From positions 1 through 64,000 of the IMG/VR virus record IMGVR_UViG_3300029288_000077: DNA of 64,000 nucleotides; one strand, given 5' to 3'. The stretch comes from a virus. Its lineage: Duplodnaviria; Caudoviricetes. Of the stretch, positions 55,155 to 64,000 are shown piece after piece. Position 1 is the stretch's first letter, and each line of letters begins with the position of its first letter. Both the position numbers and the translations under genes were made by a program. The notes under the pieces are model-generated. The model was not told the DNA's origin, did no database searches, and saw nothing but the letters and a program-made list of their open reading frames with translations.

Positions 55155-55454
55155 ATGAACTGGTTGAAAAAAGCCATTGAAGAAATGGACAAATATGCTG
55201 ATTTGTTTGTGGTGTCATACGTTGTTAGAGATCCTGAGCGCGGAAATAGAAACAGTGGTGCTTACTTAGTGCGTGCCAAGTCTAAGCTGGACGCAATTCA
55301 AGTAGTAAAAAACATAGCAGAGGATTATTTTAGGGTTTCTGCCACACCGGCTGATAAATACTACCGAGATGATTATGATAGCGTAGAAGAGGCTCTAGAG
55401 GGCAAGAAATTACCTGCAATGAATAAATACCTTCTCCTGTACAGTGGTACATAA
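55155..55454 (+). CDS. hypothetical protein with MNWLKKA leader (cargo Y)
   Basis: ORF; body unrelated to 54480. Confidence 0.6.
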   Translation: MNWLKKAIEEMDKYADLFVVSYVVRDPERGNRNSGAYLVRAKSKLDAIQVVKNIAEDYFRVSATPADKYYRDDYDSVEEALEGKKLPAMNKYLLLYSGT

Positions 55455-55455
55455 A

Positions 55456-56928
55456 ATGAAGATTTCAGCGCAGGAAGTCCTTCCAGTCAATGTGGCTATC
55501 ACTGATGTCACTCAGTTGCAAGACGTGTTTGAGCTGTCTTTAGATGAAGCCATGAATTTAGCTATGTCCAATACCCGCAACGGTATCTTGAATACTGCGT
55601 GGTATGAAGGCATCTTGGCCAAGTTGGGTGAAATTGAACGCGATGCATTTACGCTAGGTTTGGCTTCGGCTGGTGTACAAGTCATCAACGAAGTAGAAGA
55701 GCTGCCCATACAAGCCAACGACGTAAAAGTGCAGGTCATAGACACTTCCACCAACAAAGTGATAGAAGAAACTACTGGTGACAACCAGGAAGAGCAAAAG
55801 TTCAAGGATTTGACAAATAAGTATCCTGACAAGAATAAGAATGTGGTGCAAGTCGTAGACAATACCACCAAAAAGGTGATGAAGTCTAACGCCAGCCTTG
55901 GGTATAATGCCCTTCAAGAAAAAATACTTATAGCTACTGACAAGCTGTCTGTGCTGAAGCGGGCTGGTAAGTCCGTGTCTTTAGAAGAAGTAGATGTCAT
56001 CCTGGGCGACCTACCTGGTTGGGCCGTGGAATGTGTACGTGATAGAGTAAAAGACGTAAAAAAAGACGTGCGCAAGAACAAGAGACAGGTCCATAAGACT
56101 GACAGAGAAGAGTCTGATTACCAGAAAGATGTGAGGAAGATCATGCAAAAGCCGAACATAAAAGACGTAAAAGGTGGCAGAGATGACGGGTTGAGCGCCG
56201 GTACCCGCAATGCCTTGATGATCATTGAGAATGATAAGAAATTTTTGGACCTGGCACTTAGTATCATTGCAGATGGTGGTTGGGAAAGTGAATTGTTCAA
56301 GGCTTTTGATGATGTGGTGGGCGGCAATTTACCAGCGTATGCGCGCAGTAGTGTGGTGGACTGGAAATTCGTAGCAGAGTATCTAAGGAAAGAATGCTCC
56401 ACATCTTTGTTTGAGGAGGATGCTTGTGATGTGAAGCGCATGGAACCAGGCAGGGACGAGTGGCACCACGGCGCTCTAGACGTAGATGCTGATCATCTTG
56501 AGCAGGAAAAGCGCGAGCTAGAAGATATAGTGATGAAGCGTCAAGATGAACTACCTAATTGGAAGAAACTGCTTGATAAAATCAAGAGAGCACTGTCTAT
56601 CTCTGAGGTACGTGAAGTGTGGGACGACGTAAAAGACACGGCTACTATAGCTGAAAGTGAGGCTTGTGACATGACTGCAAAGAGAGCGCAATTGGAAGAG
56701 GATCAAGAAGACTTTGATGAGGGTGAAGACTTGAAGGAGACTGACCCAGAGACTTGGATCGCTGAGAGTTACATCAATGGCAATTTGCAAGACATCAAGC
56801 ATGAGTTGAAGAGCATGCAGCCTATGGAAGCCATTTCATTGGCCATAGCTGCCTATTACTACCTGTTGGACATGGATCGCAAAGAGGCCGGTGCCTACTT
56901 GCGCTGGCTCATGAGGACAGGCGCTTGA
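55456..56928 (+). CDS. multi-domain acidic hypothetical protein (putative internal virion protein)
   Basis: MKISAQEV start; internal KRAQ. Confidence 0.5.
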   Translation: MKISAQEVLPVNVAITDVTQLQDVFELSLDEAMNLAMSNTRNGILNTAWYEGILAKLGEIERDAFTLGLASAGVQVINEVEELPIQANDVKVQVIDTSTNKVIEETTGDNQEEQKFKDLTNKYPDKNKNVVQVVDNTTKKVMKSNASLGYNALQEKILIATDKLSVLKRAGKSVSLEEVDVILGDLPGWAVECVRDRVKDVKKDVRKNKRQVHKTDREESDYQKDVRKIMQKPNIKDVKGGRDDGLSAGTRNALMIIENDKKFLDLALSIIADGGWESELFKAFDDVVGGNLPAYARSSVVDWKFVAEYLRKECSTSLFEEDACDVKRMEPGRDEWHHGALDVDADHLEQEKRELEDIVMKRQDELPNWKKLLDKIKRALSISEVREVWDDVKDTATIAESEACDMTAKRAQLEEDQEDFDEGEDLKETDPETWIAESYINGNLQDIKHELKSMQPMEAISLAIAAYYYLLDMDRKEAGAYLRWLMRTGA

Positions 56929-57698
56929 TAGTACGTGCTTCACAAGTCTTGGGTGCTGGCAAGAGGTTTTTGCTATATGCACATCTTACTTTGACAGGCA
57001 GAGCACCCAAAGTGTTGAAGGTACTTAGTGAAGAGCAACGTGATGGATATGTAATCAGAAAAGAGATGTGGGACACAGCCGGTCTTGTGCCAGAGCCCAT
57101 GGAGATGATTACGTGTTACACACCGTCTGGTGATTGGATAGGTGAGGAAAAGACAGCCAAATTTTTGGTAGAAGAGATGGGCATAGCTCCTGAACTGTCA
57201 GACCCAGATCATTCAGTGTGCAGCACAGGATTTTGTGCCAAAGAAAATAGATGGTACGGGTGGTCACACCGCGCCATCCACGGATTTGGTGTAGGTGATA
57301 AGTTTGAAGAGTGGTACCCAGAAGGCGGAGTTGAAGGTAAAAAGATAGAAACACTAGAAGAGGCAAGGGCTGCTGCTAAAGCCTTTGCTGAATCAGTAAG
57401 CTGAGGTGTTGTATGAGTTCCTTTCACATTGAAAATCTGAAAGAAGATTTGCAGTATTTTACTAGGGAGTTCAAAAAAGTGATGTCACAGGTAGATGCTG
57501 CATCGCACACCTTAGATCAAGTGATGAGCGAAGTGAATAACAGCATCGGGCATGCAAATAGATATGAGACACAAACACGTAGCATGCAAGAGTCAAGGGA
57601 GATAGCCCACTTTTCTGAGAAGTTAGAGACTTTGGCCCTGCAAATGGACCGTGTAGCTAAATTACTTGACGATGCTGTATTATCTACGGTAAAATGAT

Positions 57699-58493
57699 AT
57701 GATGGTATTGGGCGCATACGGTGATCCTATAAATCAACAACAGTTTGTTTCTTTGTGTGAGCGTGCAGACGAGTTGCATGCTAAGCTGGGTTACGCTTAT
57801 GTCATCAAAAGAAAGACTGGGTGGTTGTCAGATTCAGCTATGTCTTATGTTGGTAAGATGGAGCAAGAATTAGATTTAACATTAAACCAGATCTTTGACT
57901 TGGTGAAGGAATCATTAGATATGTGGGTGGATTTTCATACATTTGAAGGATCGTTAGAACACATACTGGGTGGTGTCGCGTCTGGATTAGATGCTGAATA
58001 CTGGTACAATCAATTTACTGAGTGGGTGGGGTCACAACCAGCACTGGACAGACTCATTTATTCAGCCACCAAGCACACAGAATCACATGCCACGTGGGCG
58101 TATGAATCTTTTGATCATGCCTTTAATAAAGATAAAAATACATTCATCAAGATTTGGAAGCGGGTATACCCGTATTTTATGAAAAGCTACCCAAGCCTAA
58201 ACAAAGCTTTGGTCAATACACAAAACGTGTTATCAGAAATGCAGTCTCCTCCCGCAGATTTGATGGATAAGGCTGCTTTATACCAAAAGTTTATGAATCT
58301 GGTACATTCTACTGGCCCAATGTTAGAGCACATACTTGAGGATGATAGCATGGCCAGGAAAGTGATGGATGATTTAGCACACAATCGTTATATAAACGAT
58401 ACTGAGTGGAAGAAGGAAGTAGAAAATAAGTTGGGGAGTAAAGTGGCTACTAGGTATCTGGTGTTGGCAATAAACGTGTTGGGTGAAACATGA
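57699..58493 (+). CDS. hypothetical protein, paralog of 53484..54239
   Basis: shared motifs with 53484..54239. Confidence 0.6.
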   Translation: MMVLGAYGDPINQQQFVSLCERADELHAKLGYAYVIKRKTGWLSDSAMSYVGKMEQELDLTLNQIFDLVKESLDMWVDFHTFEGSLEHILGGVASGLDAEYWYNQFTEWVGSQPALDRLIYSATKHTESHATWAYESFDHAFNKDKNTFIKIWKRVYPYFMKSYPSLNKALVNTQNVLSEMQSPPADLMDKAALYQKFMNLVHSTGPMLEHILEDDSMARKVMDDLAHNRYINDTEWKKEVENKLGSKVATRYLVLAINVLGET

Positions 58494-58975
58494 AAAAGCC
58501 GATTGAAAAGGTAGATCCTGTGGAAAAACACTTCCTCAAACAGGCCGCTAAAGCCACAAAGCTGTCCACAGTACGGGCTTGTATTGAGGTGGGTGGGTGT
58601 CAAATACAAGCCTTTGTGGCCGAGACACAGCTACAAAAACAGGCCGGTCTAAGTGTATTGGCTGCACTAGGCAACTATGAAGGTATGTACTTTCCGTTCA
58701 AGGAAAGACAGTCAGTCACTTTTCACATGGGTGGTGTGAAGTTTCCCATAGACATCATATTTTTGACCAAAGATGATGAGCACAACTATATGAAGGTGGC
58801 TAGAATTATTAGTGATGTGGAACCAGACGATAAAGAGAGCTGGACAGAAGAGGCGGATGCCGTGTTAGAGGTGGGTGGCGGTCTGTGTGCATCGCACGGT
58901 ATAGGCATCGGAGATGCATGTAAGATCAAGTACTCTGTGTCCGAAACATACGCTGGTAGCGTATCAACACTGTAG
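58490..58975 (+). CDS. DUF192 domain protein
   Basis: VAET......GL, GMYF.F, FHM..V.FPIDIIFL, VLEV.GG....GI..GD. Confidence 0.8.
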   Translation: MKKPIEKVDPVEKHFLKQAAKATKLSTVRACIEVGGCQIQAFVAETQLQKQAGLSVLAALGNYEGMYFPFKERQSVTFHMGGVKFPIDIIFLTKDDEHNYMKVARIISDVEPDDKESWTEEADAVLEVGGGLCASHGIGIGDACKIKYSVSETYAGSVSTL

Positions 58976-59096
58976 TTATACTACACTGTGCAAGATTGTA
59001 GTATAATCATACCTATAAAACTCGTTGGTTAATAGCCTCATCCTCCAACCCAGTACAATATAAGGCGCGTATAACCTTACCAAGAGGTAGGATTCT

Positions 59097-60368
59097 ATGA
59101 AAGTACAAGCCCAAGAAGTCATAGACCAGCCGATGTTTCCGCTCGAAGAGGAGCACCCTCTTGAAGATGTGGAGGGCGTCTCTGTTGAGCCCAACGAAAT
59201 CACTGAAGACAGTGCACTGACTATAGCCAAGACTTATTGGATGATGGGCTACAACTGGTTAGAGATAGAGATGCTGCTAAAGGATCGGCACTACCCAGAG
59301 TCTATGATATCCAAGGCCGTGAAAGCTGCACAAGCGTATGCCAAAGAGATGTTGTCCAACGGACCGTTTGCTGGTGCTGTTAATGGGCAATACGTCAAAC
59401 TCAAGAATGGTATGTGGGGTGTGGCTGCGCAGCTTACACCCAAACAGGCTGTGTTGACTCTTGAAGATGGCACCAAGCTAAAGACCGAGATCGAGCACAT
59501 AGACGTAGAAGCTACCAAACTGTTGGCTGAATCATTCAAGTTACGTAAGCAGGCCGAACTCATCCTTAATGCCATCCCCAAAGAGTACGTGATACCGGAG
59601 ATGGAGGGGCAACCTGACATGGAGGTTGACCCAGACATACAAGAGTCTTACAAAAGTCTTGTTCAAGAGCGCGCCCCCGCTGGCTGGTCTGAGATCTCGC
59701 CTGAAATCGGTGAGGCTGAACCGGTACATGCTGTGTTGCATAATGTCATCAACAACCTGGAGGGACTGCGGGCGCTGAAAGATGAATTGCAAAAGAGCAT
59801 CAAGAAAGTCAAGGACGAGCAGTTGATGCCGTTGCAGGAGCAGTTCAAGGCCCTGGCGGGCGACGAACAGCAAGAGTTGAGAAACGCTTTCATGATCGTG
59901 GAGCAAATGGAAGACGGTTTGAGTGAAATAGATAAGACGATCTTTAGGGACTATGAAGGTGAGTTGGTGGGCTTCCAGAACAAGATAGTGGAAAATCCGA
60001 TGCCGCCCACCGTGGCTGATGAGTTAGATGCCCTAAAGAAAATCATTGCAGAAAATCATAAAAAGATAGCTCCTGGAATCTTTGCAGCTTTAGAGCAATT
60101 TATGGAGGCCAACACCAAGATTGAGCGCGAACTGCAAAAGACGTTTGCTAAGTACCCGTACCGCAAGCGTCCGAAGAAGGGGCAGTTGGTGGAGAAGGTA
60201 ACTGGTTGGTTCAAGGGCTTGTGGAAGTCTTTGTCAAAGACCATCACTGGTCTTTACGAGACGGTACTCCCCGAGGCAGAAGAGGCCACGGAAGCCGTGC
60301 AAGAGATGAACAGGCAGCTCGATAGCTACCTGAAGACTGCTGCTGTCAAGAAAATCGTGAAAGGGTAA
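59097..60368 (+). CDS. coiled-coil hypothetical protein, probably abundant (putative head/core protein)
   Basis: 423 aa, strong C/G-ending codon bias, MKVQAQEV start. Confidence 0.45.
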   Translation: MKVQAQEVIDQPMFPLEEEHPLEDVEGVSVEPNEITEDSALTIAKTYWMMGYNWLEIEMLLKDRHYPESMISKAVKAAQAYAKEMLSNGPFAGAVNGQYVKLKNGMWGVAAQLTPKQAVLTLEDGTKLKTEIEHIDVEATKLLAESFKLRKQAELILNAIPKEYVIPEMEGQPDMEVDPDIQESYKSLVQERAPAGWSEISPEIGEAEPVHAVLHNVINNLEGLRALKDELQKSIKKVKDEQLMPLQEQFKALAGDEQQELRNAFMIVEQMEDGLSEIDKTIFRDYEGELVGFQNKIVENPMPPTVADELDALKKIIAENHKKIAPGIFAALEQFMEANTKIERELQKTFAKYPYRKRPKKGQLVEKVTGWFKGLWKSLSKTITGLYETVLPEAEEATEAVQEMNRQLDSYLKTAAVKKIVKG

Positions 60369-63300
60369 AGACATGAAGTCACTAGTAAAAGCAATAAGAG
60401 TGTTATCAGGGACACAAACACTAAAACAGTGGATTGGTAATACTACTTCTGAAAAATATAGTATCCCTGCTGGTGAAGCACCGTCTTCCGCGCCCAAAGA
60501 TCCGAAAGATGCTGCATATAAATTGATGACTAAAGATGAAATTTTAAAAACATTTGATGGAGATGCACAAGGCAACCTCGATTTGAATTACGATAGGTGG
60601 ATCGCTGCAGATGATTCTGCTAATGCACCCAGTGTCATATACCAAACTCAGGGCAGAGATAAAACCGGTGCTTTGAACAAGCGTGCTAGTAGAGACAGCA
60701 AAGAGTGGGAGAAGTGGGAGTTTTTGAAAGAAGTGATGGGTGTTGAAGCCCTGTTATATGAAGTGTTGATAGGTATGAGCAACAAAGAAGCTGAGGATAT
60801 GATTGAGTGGATAGCTCGTATGCATGACATCCACGATCCAATACTGGGTGATGAACCAGAAGAAGATGAGGCTGAGGAAGAGGAAGACACCGAAGACGAG
60901 GAAGAGTAACATGGATCGTGATGCGCTAAGACAGCACATCCTCAAGCATTGGGATGACTTGCAACACGCAGAGTTGAATCTCAATACACCTGAGATTTTA
61001 GAGTGCATATTGACTCACGGCAGTGAGACATCTTTGAATCAATTAGAGTCTGAGGTGGAGTTTGCTTTGACTGAGTACAGTGACGTGATGAACGGAGCAT
61101 GACATGGATAGGGAAGCTGCTGATGTAAGAAGAAAGCTCGAAACTTTGTTTGATAATTATGCAAACAAACTGCTTGATTATAGGGATAAGGTAGAAGGAA
61201 TTGAAAATAAAATAGATAATGATGCTGAAGATTTAGACGAAAAAATACTTGAATTAGAGGCTGCAATAGATTCAGATGATGCAGACGCAAAAATTGTAAT
61301 TAAAGAACTTCGAAAATTGGTGAAATTGTTTAGTAAGATGGAAGACGGTGTGTCTAATCTTGTGGTAAAAGTAGACAATCTGTTTAGTGAGCTGGGGTGG
61401 TAGATCCTTGAGTGCTCCTATAAAATACAAGATTTATACTTTAGACGAAGACGGTAAGTTGCGCTTTAAGAAAAAGGGTAACGGCTTGTTTTATGTGCCT
61501 GAGGTGAACAAGTCAGTGGTGGACATAGGAGATCATATCACACTTGATTTAGGTGATACACAGATATTTATAGAGTTAGCATCATTCAAGGCGGTGTGCG
61601 CTGCTTTTATGAACAAGAAAGAGACGAAGAAAAACATAGTACAATTGAAAGTCGTAAATGGAGGAAAGACATGAATTTTATAGCGAAAGCTGTTGATGTA
61701 TTAGCTGGTTCGAAAGAGAAGCAATTGATCAACAAAATTGTCAAGAAAATTGATGGTGAATTTGCCAGGTATCTGTGGTCTGATTTGTGGACTCACTTTG
61801 ATGAGGAACAAATAGAGGAGTATGCTGACAAATTTGGCATTAAATACACTGGTAACCCCTCTGAAACTATTGATATGATTAGTGGTAAAACTTCTGACGA
61901 TGAAATAAAACAAAACCTAAAGGAACTGTTGACTAACATCTATGATTTAGATATGTTGGTGGCACTGTGGGGAGATGTGGGTGGTGATGTGGAACAGTAT
62001 GAATCACAAACTGTGATAAACTTAAAAAAGGAACTGGAAGACATTGGTGTTCCTGTTAAAAATGTCTATTTAAGTGATGATGCAAGTGCAAGGTTTTCCA
62101 ATTCTTTTTACATAATAATAGATACTGTAGCTGATACAGAAACTTTATCAAAAATAAAAGATTTTGTGCGCAACTTAGATGGAAATGCAAAATTTAAGGA
62201 AATCGTGTACAACAATAAACCTGCTAAAGAGGGTGAATATTACCGTTTAGTGTGTGATATTAATAAGAGTGCAATGAAAAAATTGAAAATGCGAGGAGGT
62301 CTTCTATGAAGCTGTATTACGATGTCATCTCGAAGATGTACTCTTTGGAGACTGAGCAGGGACCTGAATTCCTGGGTCCCTTTGCTCATACCCTGCTCAA
62401 GTTGAAGCAGGCTGGTTTGACTGAAGACCAGTCACGTGAAGCCGTGCTCAAAGCCATGTTTGGCTACGGTCGAGCGATTTGCTTAGACGCTGTTATAGCT
62501 GATAATTTAGTGGGTGGGTTGAAAGCCGTACATAATCATACGTACGGAAAGGACAAGGCTGATGAATAACTATCTGTTCCGTGCAATCGCTCAGTTGAAG
62601 GAGTATGTAAGTCCAAGTGTAAAGACACAAGTACCTTTTACTATATCAGAAGAACATCCGCTACCAGTACAAGTGTTACCTAAGGATGAAGAATGCATAC
62701 TAAAATTTATAAATAAAGAAGAGTGCGAAGGTGAGTATGTTACGTCAAGAAGAGACAGCATAGGAACACTAGAATTGTTGGTTGATGGGTGGCACGTAGC
62801 ACAATGGTACCGTCGTAAGATACTTACTGTACCACCAGACACCGAATTAGAGGGTTATCAAAAGAAAGTGGTGGATTTTTTGAAGGAAGTAGGGGGACTA
62901 CGTGTAAAGGACTGGAGAAGCGTTAAAGAAGAAAGCCCCGGCCAGCAAATACCATATTATATGGGCATGCAGTTTGATAGATCGCTAAATAAACGCAGTG
63001 CACAGAACATAATGAACAGCATACTGCGCAATTTGCCGGATGGGTTTATGGTGTATAAGGGCAGAGTCGATTACGGACCGTGGGATGGAAAAGTATATAC
63101 TTTATACGATAAGATACTTGCTTCTGTTATTGGTGTACTTGTTCGTAAAGATAGTAAGCATAAAATAAAGGAATTTATGAATGCAGTTAACTCTATGGAT
63201 GGTGTAACTGAAGCATACTTACTTAGAGACATAGATCACAACATGCTTGATGTGTGATTTATAATATGATAGCAGGTAATTTAATTGGGTGTTTCAAAGC

Positions 63301-64000
63301 AGTACACAATGAGACGTATGGAAAGGAGGAGAGTGATGAATGAGGCACTTGCACTAATAAGAAAGGTAATGTCACGTTACAGATCTTTCTTTGCGGGTGA
63401 ACCCGAAAGGGAATTGGCTGCTCAGGCAAATGATTATTTGGAAATTATACGTGCTGATTTTGAAGATATGGGTAAAGAGCAATTAATAAACAAAATCATG
63501 GAATTGTATGCTATTTATGATCCTGATTTCATTAAACAGCAAGTAAGAGAAATGATTGCTGACGTAAAGGGAGATATAAAATACGATCAATATGAGGAAA
63601 ATCAACGCAAAAAGAGAGACAGATTTCTGGCACCATGATTTTTCTTTCTTCCATATTGATTTCTAAGGACAAGCGAGTCATCTTTGATGCTCCTTGCAAT
63701 ATAGCTGCTGGAGTGCTGTTCAACCCTGTTTGTGAGTACTCTGGTTTGAAAGACTGTGCTGAGTGTTGTGAAAAGATGAAGAAGGATTGGTTATTGCAGA
63801 CGATAGTTTGTAGTAGGAAAGAGCTGTTTTATCAAGCATAAGGATAAAATACGTGGCAGACAAGGATAAGAAAAAGCCCACCAACAGCAGCGCTATCATA
63901 GTTAAGGCCAGTGATTTTAGGGACAACCCTGACGAAGGCAAGATTGAAGGCCAAAAGGATATGGTTTATGGTCGATACCGAAGCATAGCCAGTGTCAATC

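Larger units (their letters stand above)
54381..55533 (+). repeat. nested imperfect duplication flanking two alternative genes
   Basis: 54381-54499 ~ 55055-55174; 54989-55054 ~ 55468-55533. Confidence 0.92.

Noticed and set aside
135-63941. Minus-strand ORFs other than 5593..6252
   Set aside because: They shadow well-supported + strand genes and show no recognisable motifs.
1-64000. Reverse transcriptase, integrase or DGR partner for the ncRNA or the duplications
   Set aside because: No RT or recombinase motifs seen in any ORF; the duplicates do not show adenine-specific variation. A partner could lie outside the window.

Overview
This window reads as part of a large lytic dsDNA bacteriophage genome (jumbo-like tailed phage, inferred). 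It is gene-dense, almost entirely + strand, and uses the standard code (TAG stops are often followed directly by the next RBS). 1-43 kb holds replication and nucleotide genes (NAD-dependent ligase, primase, sigma70-type factor, TMP-kinase-like, ThyX, MT-A70 methylase), three homing-type endonucleases, five dispersed tRNAs (Tyr, Ile-UAU, Leu, Arg, Asn) and many small accessory genes. A terminase large subunit lies at 45.8-47.7 kb, followed by a block of probable virion/internal proteins. Two things stand out. (1) A promoter-driven ~1.3 kb non-coding locus (43.5-44.8 kb) made of consecutive self-closing RNA domains, one tRNA-like, punctuated by a repeated boxA-like GTTCTTTGAAAAG linker. (2) A short amphipathic peptide tag shared by about 15 otherwise unrelated proteins, with a DNA-level duplication showing two different cargo genes behind the same tag in the same slot. 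All product calls are from motif recognition by eye; no searches were run.
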